DNA of 57,326 nt from an uncultured delta proteobacterium (GCA_963847445.1 CAWJZV010000020.1:1-57326); one strand, 5' to 3'; positions 12,176 through 22,366 are shown, counted from the first letter of the stretch. Notes: a model not told the origin generated them from the sequence alone. Translations and numbers: made by a program.

Positions 12176-12673
12176 TCACAAGCACCGTTGCTCAACCTGT
12201 TCCTGAAGCTTTTCGTAGGCTTTGAGTAGATCCGTGGAAGTCAGAATGCCGGCGACCCGGCCGTCGGGTCCGATCACCGGTAAGCAGTTGACGCGCTTTT
12301 CGAGCATCAAGCGCACCGCGGCGGAAATCGCGATCTCGGGCGTGGTCGTGATCGAATCGGGGTTCATGATCTCGGCCACGCTCCTCTTGCTCCAGTCCGG
12401 CGTGCGCGACAGCGCGCGCAGCACGTCGCGATCGGAAATCACGCCGTGAAGGCGTTCGTCCTCATCGACGACCAGCATATGATGGAAGGAGCGGGTCGCC
12501 ATCATGCCGACCACCTCAGCGAAACTTTGATCCGGCAGCATGGTCCGGACGTCTTTGGTCATGATGTCGCCCACCTGTGCAGGAGCGTTTATCGAAACGT
12601 GCAGAGTTGTTGGCATTTGAGTTTGTGTACTTGTCGTTTTATCCACGGCTATTCTCCTTCCTTGGCGTTCCAC
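12176..12673 (-). CDS. CBS-pair domain protein
   Basis: VGDIMTKDV...HHMLVVD...GVISDRD...VAEIMNPD...CLPVI...GILTSTDLL. Abuts the cheY stop and ends just upstream of the Rhs ATG. Confidence 0.85.
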   Translation of the reverse strand: MERQGRRIAVDKTTSTQTQMPTTLHVSINAPAQVGDIMTKDVRTMLPDQSFAEVVGMMATRSFHHMLVVDEDERLHGVISDRDVLRALSRTPDWSKRSVAEIMNPDSITTTPEIAISAAVRLMLEKRVNCLPVIGPDGRVAGILTSTDLLKAYEKLQEQVEQRCL

Positions 12674-13052
12674 TCACGGCAATATCTTGTTCAACTACTC
12701 CTGGAGCGTCGCCGCGTTGAACGGCTTAGCGATGTAATTGCTAACCCCGGCCTGGGCCGCTCCGAGGATGTTTTCCTGTTTGGCTTTCGCAGTCACCATC
12801 AGCACCAGCGTGGTCTTCAAGCCGTCTGCGGCGCGGATGCCTTCAACAGCTCGATCCCGGTCATCCCCGGCATGTTCCAGTCGGAGACCACGAAGTCGGC
12901 TTTTGGCGTTTTCAGTTCATCCAACGCCAACTCACCTTTTCCGCGTCGCGCAACTTTTTGAAATCGAGATCCTTCAACAAACCGCGCCCGATGCGGCGTA
13001 TCGCCGAAGCGTCGTCGACGATCAACAGGTCCATATCAGGATCAACAGCCAT
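12674..13052 (-). pseudogene. cheY: cheY pseudogene
   Basis: Manual translation [112 protein letters not shown]. Two 1-nt deletions plus an in-frame TAG at 12695-12697. Confidence 0.85.
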
Positions 13053-13148
13053 TTCGATTCTCTTTCAGTCTTCCGTCGTTTCACTGTGTACTCGATCGCG
13101 GATCGCCAGGCGGCGGGCGCTCAACAAATCACTCGGTGCACTTTAAAT

Positions 13149-13175
13149 TCATCGGAAAGATAAGCCGGTTCTTTA
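13149..13175 (-). promoter_or_regulatory. sigma28 (FliA)-type promoter
   Basis: Minus strand TAAA-GAACCGGCTTATCTT(15 nt)-TCCGATGA versus consensus TAAA-N15-GCCGATAA, ~100 nt upstream of cheY. Confidence 0.7.
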
Positions 13176-13259
13176 ACCGAAATTCACCGGCGGCGAGGTT
13201 AAACCGAGATCCCTTCTGGCATTTGAGAAGACACTGGACGGCTCAACCTTACCGAGCGC

Positions 13260-13292
13260 AAAAAAGGCGCGGGAGCCGAAAGGCTCCCGCGC
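13260..13292 (-). terminator. Rho-independent terminator of the flagellar operon
   Basis: 11-bp stem GCGCGGGAGCC-GAAA-GGCTCCCGCGC with an A6 tract on the left (U-tract on minus strand), just after the flgE stop. Confidence 0.85.
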
Positions 13293-13329
13293 AGAAATAA
13301 TAATGATAATCGTCGTCAGGCGTCGTCGA

Positions 13330-14625
13330 TTATCGTTTCAGGTTGGACACTTCCTCGAGTAGTGAATCGGTCACGGTGATGGTTCGCGACGAGGCTTGGA
13401 AGCCGCGCTGGGTGGTCACCATCTTGACGAACTCGGTGGCCAAATCGACGGTCGAAAGTTCCAGCGAGCCGGATAGGACGGTACCGAAACTGCCGTCGCC
13501 GGGATTGCCGTTGAGCGCAAGCCCGGACTCGGGCGACTGGAGATAAAGCGAATTGCCGACATGGGCGAGCCCCTGGGGGTTGGCGAAGTCGGCTAACGCG
13601 ACGCGAAACAGCGGTTGGTTGCCGCCGGAAGTAAACTGGCCGGAGATCACACCGTCGGTGCCGATGCTGATGCCCTTGAGAATGCCTGATTGCGCGCCGT
13701 TCTGATTGATTTGGCTCACCGAGGAGGGCAGGGCAAATTGGGTCGTGCCGGTGAAGTCCATATCGACCGCGGCGACGGTTTGCGGGTTGGCGCCGTTGTT
13801 CCACGCGATCGCGGCGACATTGGTGATGTTCGAGTTTGCCGTATCCAGCGAACCGTCGGGATTGAAAGCCAACAAGCCGCCCGCGCCGTTAATCTGCTGG
13901 AGACTTCCCGCCGTGCCGCCGGTAATTTCGCTGGCGTTGGCGACCACGCGATAGTCCCATTCGTTCGCGGTCGCGGTCTTGCTAAACAGATAAGTCAGGT
14001 CATGCCCCTGGCCGAGCGAATCGAATACAGTCACCACCGTGGAAAAGTTGGCGCCGGCAAACCAATTGCCGGCGGTGTCCTCGGTGCCGGCCGCATCTGC
14101 CGGCAGCGCCGCGGTCGGCACCGTCTTGGTGGCGTCAAGATTGAGAGCGAGATCGATCTCGGTGGTTTCCACCGGCGACACCACCAACTGACTGATGACG
14201 ATATTGGTCAGGCCGCTGATCGGATTGCCATTGGCGTCCAACTCGGTTCCCTGGACTCTCAGACCGCCGGGGTTGACGAGATTGCCGTCCGCGTCGACGC
14301 TGAACTGTCCGGCGCGGCTGTAAAAGGTCCCGCCCTGAAGGTCGCGCAGAACGAACAGCCCTTTGCCTTGAACCGCCAGATCGGTGGTGCTGTTGGTGGT
14401 CTCGACGCCGCCCTGAACAAACAGCCGGTTGGAATCCGCCAAGCGCGACCCCAGACCGATCTTGGTGCCGCCGACATCGGCGCTCAAGAGATCGAAAAAC
14501 ACCGCGCGGCTCGATTTGAAACCGATCGTATTGGCGTTGGCGATGTTGTCACCGATGATATTCATCGCGTTACCGTTGCTGTTGATGCCGCTGACGCCCG
14601 CGAACAATGCTCCTGTTAATGCCAT
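13330..14625 (-). CDS. flgE: Flagellar hook protein FlgE (copy 2)
   Basis: ALFAGVSGI...IGDNIANANTIGFK, TDLAVQGKGLF, YSRAGQF, LELSTVDLATEFVKMVTTQRGFQASSRTIT. Confidence 0.92.
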   Translation of the reverse strand: MALTGALFAGVSGINSNGNAMNIIGDNIANANTIGFKSSRAVFFDLLSADVGGTKIGLGSRLADSNRLFVQGGVETTNSTTDLAVQGKGLFVLRDLQGGTFYSRAGQFSVDADGNLVNPGGLRVQGTELDANGNPISGLTNIVISQLVVSPVETTEIDLALNLDATKTVPTAALPADAAGTEDTAGNWFAGANFSTVVTVFDSLGQGHDLTYLFSKTATANEWDYRVVANASEITGGTAGSLQQINGAGGLLAFNPDGSLDTANSNITNVAAIAWNNGANPQTVAAVDMDFTGTTQFALPSSVSQINQNGAQSGILKGISIGTDGVISGQFTSGGNQPLFRVALADFANPQGLAHVGNSLYLQSPESGLALNGNPGDGSFGTVLSGSLELSTVDLATEFVKMVTTQRGFQASSRTITVTDSLLEEVSNLKR

Positions 14626-14644
14626 GAAGAACCTCCTTGAAGTA

Positions 14645-14754
14645 TTTTGGATTTTCGATTTTGGATTTTCGATTGCCGGATATTTAGCGCCATCATTGCG
14701 CTGTTTGTTTTCTGCCTTTCTTAATTTGTCATTTTGAATTTGGAATTTTTAATT
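14645..14754. repeat. Heptamer tandem repeats between the two flgE genes
   Basis: (TTTTGGA-TTTTCGA)x2 at 14645-14672 and degenerate TTTTGAA-TTTGGAA-TTTTTAA at 14732-14752. Confidence 0.7.
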
Positions 14755-16009
14755 ACCCTTTCAGCTCCGCCGCGATGCTGTACATCTGCTCGGCGGTGGT
14801 GATCACTCGTGAATTGACCTGAAACGCCCGCTGTAAACTGATCAGCGAAACAAACTCCCGCGCTAGCTCAACGGTCGATAGCTCGAGGCTGCCCGCCACC
14901 AGGCTGCCAAAACCATTTTGACCGGGAGTACCGGCTAGCGCGGCGCCGGATTCGAAGTTCGGGGCGAACAGCGTATTGCCGAGCGGGTCGAGATCGTCAA
15001 TGTCGTTGAAGTTAGCCATGGTGATTGACGCGAGTTGCTGCGTGAGACCATTGGTAAATTGGCCATTGACGTTTCCTTGCGAGTCGACGCTCACCGCATT
15101 CAAGGTACCGGCGGCGTAACCATCCTGGTCGAAACTAAAAAGAAACGATGGCTGAGCGAATTGCACGGTGCCGGCAAAATCAATGGCGCCGGCAGGAATC
15201 GTCTGGGCCGCCCCATTGGTCCAGTTGAGTCCGCTAATGTCGCCGATCGTGCTGGCGGCGCCATTGAGCTGCCCGGTGGCAGTAAAAACGAAAGTCCCCG
15301 GCACACCCACTTGGCGCAGATCGGTGCTGGACGGCGCCGTGCCATCGAGTTCGCTGCGCGGCGCCACCACCTGGTAGTCCCAGGTATTGGGCGCGCTCAG
15401 ACGAAACAGGAATGTCAGATCATGGCTGGCGCCCTGACTATCGTAGATGGTCGCCACCGTGGAGAAATTGCTCGACGCGACCCATTGCGCCGGACTGGCA
15501 TCGGGCCCTGCGGGAAATGGCGTACTCGGGGTGGTCGATGACGCATCGAGATTGAGTTGCATGGCGAGATTGCCGGTGGCCTGCGCCGGGATCGCGAGCG
15601 CGCTATTGATAACGATATCGCCGGCAGAGCCTTGAAGAATCTGCCCGCCCGGATTGACCATCTGGCCGGCGCCGTCGAGGTGGAACTCGCCGGCCCGCGT
15701 ATAGCGCAGGCTATTTGACAGCGGGTCGCGCACGACGAAAAAACCGTTGCCGGATATCGCCAGATCCAACGCCCCATTGGTGGTTTCAAGGGCGCCCTGT
15801 TGGAATGGTTTGCCGACATCGGCCAAGCGCGCGCCATTGCCAGTTTCGATTTCACCCCACACCGTCGGCATGACATCGTCGAAGGTGAAGCGGCTGGATC
15901 TGAAGCTCACGGTATTGAGATTGGCGATATTGTCGCCGGTGATCTGCATGGCGTTACTGAACATCTCCATGGCGTTGCCGGCGACTTGCATGGGTCCGAT
16001 TATCGACAT
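14753..16009 (-). CDS. flgE: Flagellar hook protein FlgE (copy 1)
   Basis: GDNIANLNTVSF, LDLAISGNGFF, YTRAGEF, LELSTVELAREFVSLISLQRAFQVNSRVITT. Start reset to ATG 16009 after a GGAGG RBS. Confidence 0.88.
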   Translation of the reverse strand: MSIIGPMQVAGNAMEMFSNAMQITGDNIANLNTVSFRSSRFTFDDVMPTVWGEIETGNGARLADVGKPFQQGALETTNGALDLAISGNGFFVVRDPLSNSLRYTRAGEFHLDGAGQMVNPGGQILQGSAGDIVINSALAIPAQATGNLAMQLNLDASSTTPSTPFPAGPDASPAQWVASSNFSTVATIYDSQGASHDLTFLFRLSAPNTWDYQVVAPRSELDGTAPSSTDLRQVGVPGTFVFTATGQLNGAASTIGDISGLNWTNGAAQTIPAGAIDFAGTVQFAQPSFLFSFDQDGYAAGTLNAVSVDSQGNVNGQFTNGLTQQLASITMANFNDIDDLDPLGNTLFAPNFESGAALAGTPGQNGFGSLVAGSLELSTVELAREFVSLISLQRAFQVNSRVITTAEQMYSIAAELKG

Positions 16010-16022
16010 CGAATTTCCTCCG

Positions 16023-16688
16023 TTAGCGTGACGCCCGCACCGCGATGACACTGCTGAGCGGCACATCGACACCGTTCACTTCCAACACCGGCTCGGTGCC
16101 GTCGAGCCGCACACCGGTAACCAATCCCTGGAGTTTGCCGGATGCGGCGATTTTCTTGCCATTGACATCGACTGCATTGATGTCGAAGCCGTACACGCCC
16201 GGGCGCGCGCTTTTACCGGTGCTGTCTTTGCCGTCCCACACCAAGGTTTGTTCGCCGGCACTGCGCGCGCCGGCATCGAGACGCCGGACGATCTCGCCAT
16301 TGGCGTCGAACACAGTGATGACGACCTTGGTCGCGTTGGCGCCCAACTGATAGCCGATGTTCGACGCTGCGCCGGCGCTGACACCGACTTGATTGCCGGC
16401 GGAGGTGATCTGCTTGCCGATCAAGGAAGCCGCGTTGTACTGATTCATCGAGCCTTGACCATTGTTCATCGCGCCGAGCTTGTCATTGATTTCGATCAAC
16501 TGGCCGAGGCTGTTGAAGGTCGCCAACTGCGCCGCGAATTCTTGATTGTCCATCGGCTGCAGCGGATCTTGATTCTGCAATTGCGTGATCAAGAGCTTGA
16601 GAAAATCGTCCTGGCTGGCGACTTGGTTCTTGAGCGGATTCGTCGCAGTGCTGGCAGCCGCGGCGGCGTTGACATTTTGTACGGCCAT
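16023..16688 (-). CDS. flgD: Flagellar hook capping protein FlgD
   Basis: DDFLKLLITQLQNQDPLQPMDNQEFAAQLATF and WDGKD motifs. Confidence 0.95.
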   Translation of the reverse strand: MAVQNVNAAAAASTATNPLKNQVASQDDFLKLLITQLQNQDPLQPMDNQEFAAQLATFNSLGQLIEINDKLGAMNNGQGSMNQYNAASLIGKQITSAGNQVGVSAGAASNIGYQLGANATKVVITVFDANGEIVRRLDAGARSAGEQTLVWDGKDSTGKSARPGVYGFDINAVDVNGKKIAASGKLQGLVTGVRLDGTEPVLEVNGVDVPLSSVIAVRASR

Positions 16689-16717
16689 GTTCGATCCTTA
16701 TAATAGTTATAGAGTTG

Positions 16718-18477
16718 CTACGCCCACATGCTGACGCGTCCATCGGAGTTGCCCACAGGTTGCGCCAAAGGTTCTGTCATCGCCTCGTCAGCGACCCCGG
16801 AGTTAGCCACGCCTCGAGAAGATTCCTGCCGACCGTGCGGCGATTGGCTAAAGTCTTGCGCCAGCGCGCCGCCACCGTTCCATTCGCCCTGGGTCACCCG
16901 CACTTCACCGAAGTCCATCTGGCCGGCGCGCAAAGCCTGATGCAATTCGGGCAGATGATGCTCAATCAACGCATGTGATTCCTGGCCTTCGGCGGCGATG
17001 CGGACGTGCAGTTGGCCGTCTTCGATGCGCAGTTCGATTTTCACCTTGCCCAGTTCGGGCGGATCCAATTGCAGTACCGCTTGTCGTTCGCCGACGCGAA
17101 AATGCTCGCCAATATCCCGCGCCAGCCGCTCCACCATGGGACGCCAAGCTGGTGCCGCGGTTGCACCGCGGTAGGATTCGTCAAGCCGCGCCGGCGCCGC
17201 GCCGGCAACCATGGACGGATTCGCTTGGCCATCGCCTTCGCGCGGCTGACCTTGCCAACCATCCTTGGCGGCGCTGTGTTCGTCGCCAGGCGACGCTGCG
17301 GCCATGGCGGGTTGGCTGTGCTCGCCATCCCGCATAACCGTGCTGGCATCCGCTAAGCCGAAGGTCGCGGGATTCGCCTCGGGATCGATCTCCAGCGGCC
17401 GCTCCGTGAAGGGGGAACGGTGCATCCCGTCCGACTGTTTCAGCGCAGCCGTAGCGTTAGCCAAAAAAGAATCGTTGAGGGTCATCGACACACGGTTTTC
17501 ACTACGCAAGGATTGCGCTTTGAGGTTATCGCGATCATCCGACCTTGACGGAGCTTTCGTTGCGGAAATCGGCAATGCAACCTGTTGCTTGGTCGTCAAG
17601 TCATCGTTTGCTTGGTTGAGAAGTTCTAGGGGCTGTCTCTCCACGGCTGTGGCCATCTCACTGGCGAGCGAAGTCCGCATATCGACGATCGGCGATCGCG
17701 GCATGGCACTGCCATCGAGTCCAGTGGATTTATTGAGTGGCGATGCGCTCTGTCGCATGTCAGTACCCACGTCGCTTTTGGCCGAAGCCTCGAACATAGC
17801 TGGCAGCGCGGTGCCGATCAGCGGCTGAGTTAACGTCATCTGCGGCGTTCCAGCCAAGCCAGTCTCGGCTAACTCATTGACCGGCGGCTCGTCATCGCGC
17901 CGCGGGCGGTGCTCCATGGTCACCGGCGCAGCGTCAACGGCATCAGTAGATTGCGTATCTCGGCGCTTGATCTGCCAGCATCGTCTTGGCGTTCGACCGC
18001 GGCAAGGGTCGGCGTGTGGCGGCAGATTCGACAATCGTGCGGACATCGCTGTGGCACTCGGCAAATGGCAACCTGGCGACTTCGATCTCGCTGGAGTAGC
18101 TCGCGCGGCAAGGGTCGGCGGCAGATTCAACAATCGTGAAACCGGCGGTTCGCTGGCTGGCAACGCCGGCAAATCACGAATACCGAGAGATTTTTCTGTC
18201 TAGGCGAATGAGCTTCGGCGCCGATAGGATTTGCCGGTTCGCTTGCCGACGCCGGCGCTGCGGCTGGCAACATCGAGGGTTCAGTACTCGCGGCTGAATC
18301 TGCCGGCGCCGGCGGCGCGATTTGGGCCGCTGGCGCCGGCGCCAAAAACATATTGAACAGTTGCGCGAAAACATTGACCGGTGCGGCTTCCTCGGACTCA
18401 TCCGGTAAACTTGGCAGCGGCAGCAGAGATGTTGATTGGGTATCGTGGACGATCATGCCGGACAGCGACATGAGCAA
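16718..18477 (-). CDS. fliK: Flagellar hook-length control protein FliK (frameshifted)
   Basis: C-terminal LQLDPPELGKVKIEL...LPELHQAL motif and Pro/Ala-rich N-terminus in a second frame (18127-18477). Located between fliJ and flgD. Confidence 0.8.
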
Positions 18478-18611
18478 GAGGGAGGCCAGAGAGAAATCCG
18501 CCGTAAAACCATCGGCACGAACGAAAAACTCTTTAGCCTAGGCAACCCACGCAGTAGGACACGGAGAAATGGCATCAAGGCGGCTAGGCAGATGTTGCTC
18601 GAACCGGGAAA

Positions 18612-19064
18612 TTATTTCCGACTTGGACCGACAACGAATTTTCGCTGCGCCATTTCGTCGGTGAACTTTTGCTCGGCACTATCCTGTTCACGGCGGAATT
18701 TATTCGTTTGGCGTTCGCGTAGCCGCTCCAGAGACTTAACCCCGCGCAGTGCTTCGACGAGTTCGCCGCGCTTGCCGGCGATCGCCGCATCGAGCTTGGT
18801 CATCGTCGCGGCTTTGGCTTTAATGCCTTGGTCGATGCGCTGGGTATATTGGCTGGCAAGCTTTAAGTCGATGACCGAGAGAATCTCGCCGATGCCGGCG
18901 CCTAGGACTTCGTCCATAGTCCGGAGTTCCTGTTCCAGGGCGGCGATTTCCGTCTCCAGAGAATGCCTCGCTTGGTTGAGTGCCAGCAGTTCCCCCTCCT
19001 TTTCTTCCTTGAAACGCTGGCGCAGACGCAGCACCGCCTCGAGACGAAATTTGAACACGGCCAT
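18612..19064 (-). CDS. fliJ: Flagellar export protein FliJ
   Basis: FKFRLEAVLRLR...KSLERLRE...EQKFTDE, directly after fliI. Confidence 0.9.
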   Translation of the reverse strand: MAVFKFRLEAVLRLRQRFKEEKEGELLALNQARHSLETEIAALEQELRTMDEVLGAGIGEILSVIDLKLASQYTQRIDQGIKAKAATMTKLDAAIAGKRGELVEALRGVKSLERLRERQTNKFRREQDSAEQKFTDEMAQRKFVVGPSRK

Positions 19065-19074
19065 AAATTATCGT

Positions 19075-20391
19075 TTACAAGCTCAGGAGGTCGGAAAGCG
19101 CGGCGGCACTGTCGTTGAGCGTGGCGTCTTCGCCGCGCTCCTGGCACAAGTAGGCACGAATCCGCGGCAGCAGTTCCAGGGCGCGATCGACATCCGCGTT
19201 GCGCCCTTTGGCATAGGCGCCGATCTGGATCAGATCCTCGGCATCGCGATAGGCCGCCATGATGCGCGTAAACTCGTTGACGGCACTCTGATGTTCGGCG
19301 GAGGTCACCTGATTGCGCAAGCGGCTGACCGATGAGAGCACGTCGATGGCGGGGAATTGCCCCTGTTCGGCGAGCCGGCGTGACAGATGGATATGGCCGT
19401 CGCTGAGCGAGCGCACGGCGTCGGCGATCGGTTCATGGGGGTCATCCCCTTCCATCAGTACGGTATAGAGCCCGGTGATACTGCCCTTGCCCTTCCAACT
19501 GCCGGCGCGTTCGAGCAAGCGGGGCAAGAGCGCGAACACCGACGGCGTGTAACCTTTAGTCGAGGGCGGCTCGCCGGCGGCTAAGCCGGCTTCACGCTGG
19601 GCCATGGCGAAACGGCTGAGCGAGTCGAGCAACAGCAATACATGCTGGCCGCGGTCGCGAAAATATTCGGCAATGGCGGTGGCGATGAAGGCGCCACGGA
19701 CGCGCACCAACGCCGGCGCTTCGGAGGTGGCAGCGACCACGATCATGCGCTCACGTTCTGCGGCCGGCAGCGTGCGGGTGACGAAGTCTTCGACTTCGCG
19801 GCCGCGCTCGCCGATCAGCGCGATGATTTTCACATCGGCGCGGGTGTTGCGCGCGATCATGGACAGCAGCGTGCTCTTACCGACGCCGGCGCCGGCCATG
19901 ATCGCCACCCGCTGGCCCCTTCCCAATGTCACCAAGCCGTTGACCGCGCGGATGCCGATGTCGAGCGGTTCGCTAATCTCCTGGCGATCGAGCGGATTCG
20001 AATTGGCGACGTAGATGGGATAGGAATGCGCCGCGACTATGGCCTTGCCATCGATCGGCCGTCCCAAACCATCGAGCACGCGGCCCAGCAGTTTTTCGCT
20101 TACCGGCAAATGCGCTTCCTTGGTCAGGGCGACGACCTTGCTGCCCGGACCGATGCCGCGCAGGTCGCTGAGCGGCATTAACAAGATGCGTTCGTCGCGA
20201 AAACCTACCACTTCGGCAAGCACCGGCTTGGCGCCGCCGCTCGGATAAATATGGCAAACCCCGCCGACCGGGAGCCAGGGACCGCGGCTGACAATCAACA
20301 GGCCGGTGATCTCGGTCACCGTGCCGCACAGACGATAAGGCGAAATCGACTTCAGCCGCTCGCGATACGATGCCAGCAGATTTTCGCTCAT
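19075..20391 (-). CDS. fliI: Flagellar export ATPase FliI
   Basis: Walker A AGAGVGKS, IGERGREV, LLLDSLSRFAMAQRE, GEPPSTKGY. Start reset to MSENLL because the upstream extension lies in a repeat element. Confidence 0.95.
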   Translation of the reverse strand: MSENLLASYRERLKSISPYRLCGTVTEITGLLIVSRGPWLPVGGVCHIYPSGGAKPVLAEVVGFRDERILLMPLSDLRGIGPGSKVVALTKEAHLPVSEKLLGRVLDGLGRPIDGKAIVAAHSYPIYVANSNPLDRQEISEPLDIGIRAVNGLVTLGRGQRVAIMAGAGVGKSTLLSMIARNTRADVKIIALIGERGREVEDFVTRTLPAAERERMIVVAATSEAPALVRVRGAFIATAIAEYFRDRGQHVLLLLDSLSRFAMAQREAGLAAGEPPSTKGYTPSVFALLPRLLERAGSWKGKGSITGLYTVLMEGDDPHEPIADAVRSLSDGHIHLSRRLAEQGQFPAIDVLSSVSRLRNQVTSAEHQSAVNEFTRIMAAYRDAEDLIQIGAYAKGRNADVDRALELLPRIRAYLCQERGEDATLNDSAAALSDLLSL

Positions 20392-20418
20392 GTTGAAGAC
20401 TCTCGGATTCCGAACTTC

Positions 20419-20528
20419 CTCGCGCAAAGGCGCAAAGACGCCAAGTTCGGAGACAAAATATTAAAACGATGACGAATGATTTTCATCCCCTATTCTCCGA
20501 CCTTTGCGGCCTCGGCGCCTTTGCGAGA
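20419..20528. repeat. Imperfect inverted-repeat (REP/MITE-like) element between fliH and fliI
   Basis: ctcgcgcaaaggcgcaaagacgccaagttcggaga ... tctccgacctttgcggcctcggcgcctttgcgagag are approximate reverse complements around an AT-rich spacer. Confidence 0.7.
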
Positions 20529-20619
20529 GATGTTCCGAGTTTCACTTGCGGCCACGTGGGTTGGGATCCCCGTGGTGAAAAATCATCCACAGTAAGCCCC
20601 AAGCTTCTCCGGCACTGAC

Positions 20620-21345
20620 TTACAGCTCAGTTTCCAATAGTTGCCGGCGAATCTCATCTATCTGAGTCGGTAGAGTGGCTTCGACGATGCCTGATTCGGT
20701 CTCCAACCGGCACCCGCCGCGGGCGATCTCCGCGCTGGCGAAAACCTCGATGGTGCGCTTGCCGTCGTTGCCGATTTTGACCAAGTCCGGCCTGAGTTCA
20801 GCGAGCAGCTGGTGGTCGGTCGGGTTGAGCCAAATGCGCAGCTGTTTGGCGTCGAGGGCCTCGCGTTCGGCGCGCTCGAGAACCGAAGCAACGATCTCGG
20901 CGTCAGCGTCGACCGCCTTGGCGATCACCTTGGCCGCGATCTGCAGCGCCAAGTCTACGATCTGCGGCGCGCAACGCGAGATCAATTGCTCCTCGAAGAC
21001 AAGCAGCGATTGGCCGGCGCTGGCAAACGCGACCAGCGACGGCATGAGATCCCGCAGCGCTTGCTCGCGCCCCGCCGCGGCGTTGTCACATAACGCTTGC
21101 TGGCGCAGCTGGTCCGCCTGCACGTTTGCCTGGGCGATGATCTCGACGGCCTGTTCCTGGGCGGACTGAAGGATCCACCATGGGGCGAGCTCGAGCGCGT
21201 CGAGCGACTCTAACTCAAACCCGCGATACTCTGTGTCGGCGTCGCCGGCCGGTGCCGGCGCCATCGTATCGCCGTCCAGATCCGCTTGCCGGTAGAGTTG
21301 AACTTCCGCCGCCCGTAAGTCGTCGCGCGCGACCAGCCTAGACAA
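20620..21345 (-). CDS. fliH: Flagellar assembly protein FliH
   Basis: LALQIAAKVI...IWLNPTD...IARGGCRLETESGIVEA. TTG start overlaps the fliG stop. Confidence 0.85.
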   Translation of the reverse strand: MSRLVARDDLRAAEVQLYRQADLDGDTMAPAPAGDADTEYRGFELESLDALELAPWWILQSAQEQAVEIIAQANVQADQLRQQALCDNAAAGREQALRDLMPSLVAFASAGQSLLVFEEQLISRCAPQIVDLALQIAAKVIAKAVDADAEIVASVLERAEREALDAKQLRIWLNPTDHQLLAELRPDLVKIGNDGKRTIEVFASAEIARGGCRLETESGIVEATLPTQIDEIRRQLLETEL

Positions 21346-22366
21346 GCAGATCCTCCTTGCTCTTGCCGCTGGAGAGAAACACTTTTCCCTCGCCTTCGAG
21401 TTGGCGCGCGCGGTCGATGACTTCGCGTTGGACGCCTTCGACGTCGCGCAGCCGCACCGGCCCCATGTTCTCGATTTCTTCTTTGAGCAAGGTACCGGCG
21501 CGCTCCGACATGTTGGCGAAAAGTTTCTTTTTGAGGGCGGGACTCGCCGTGCGCATGGCCATGACCCATTTGTCTTTTTCGATTTCCCGGACCAGCACCT
21601 GCATGCTGGCATCGTCGATTTTGCCCAAGTCTTCGAAGGTGAACATCAACTGGCGAATGCCGTCGGCTAACTGAGGTTCGTATTCGCCCAACCCAGCCAT
21701 CACCCGCTCTTCGGTGGCTTTGTCGACAAAGTTTAAGATTTCCGCCACCGGGCGGACGCCGCCCACTTGCTTGCCCTGGACTTGACGCACGGCGTTGCGC
21801 AGGACTTTGCTGATCTCCTCGATGGCGCCCGGAGAGGTGCTACCGAGACTGGTAATGCGATAGGCGACCTCCGCCTGTTTGTCTTCCGAAAGCGTCCCGA
21901 AGACCTCGCCGGCATGGGCCGGGTAGAGGTGGGCCAATACAAACGCGATGGTCTGCGGGTGTTCCTCTTGGAGAAACTGGCCAAGGACTTTGGCGTCCAT
22001 CTCGTGCAGCGAATCGATACCGTAGGATTCATCGCCTTCCTCGGTAAAAATACGGCTCAATACCGTCGCGGCCTTCTCCGCCCCCATTGCTTTGGTCAAT
22101 ACCCGCTGCAGATAATCGTTGGTGCCTTCAGCGAAGATATTGGCCTTCTTGAGAATCTTGCAGGTTTCTTCAAAGACCTCGTCGATATGCTCGGTTTCGA
22201 TCTGTGCCATGCGATGGACGCCCTGGCGCAGCATGACAATCTCTTTTTCCTGCAACTCGCCGGCGATGGCGCCGGCGAGCTCTTCGCCGACCAAGGCCAA
22301 GAAAATCGCCGCCTTCTCGGGACCGGTTAAAGTTGGTTTTTTCTTCGCTCTGCCGTCGTCAGCCAT
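21338..22366 (-). CDS. fliG: Flagellar motor switch protein FliG
   Basis: LTGPEKAAIFL, EHPQTIA, MFTFEDL, NMSERA, GPVRLRDVE. Confidence 0.95.
   Translation of the reverse strand: MADDGRAKKKPTLTGPEKAAIFLALVGEELAGAIAGELQEKEIVMLRQGVHRMAQIETEHIDEVFEETCKILKKANIFAEGTNDYLQRVLTKAMGAEKAATVLSRIFTEEGDESYGIDSLHEMDAKVLGQFLQEEHPQTIAFVLAHLYPAHAGEVFGTLSEDKQAEVAYRITSLGSTSPGAIEEISKVLRNAVRQVQGKQVGGVRPVAEILNFVDKATEERVMAGLGEYEPQLADGIRQLMFTFEDLGKIDDASMQVLVREIEKDKWVMAMRTASPALKKKLFANMSERAGTLLKEEIENMGPVRLRDVEGVQREVIDRARQLEGEGKVFLSSGKSKEDLLV

Noticed and set aside
12695-12697. TAG read-through (pyrrolysine or recoding) in cheY
   Set aside because: The gene also has two frameshifts and degenerate residues, and TAG is used as a normal stop elsewhere in the window.
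14645-14754. Short repeats considered as a CRISPR array
   Set aside because: 7-nt tandem units without unique spacers, and no cas genes in the window.
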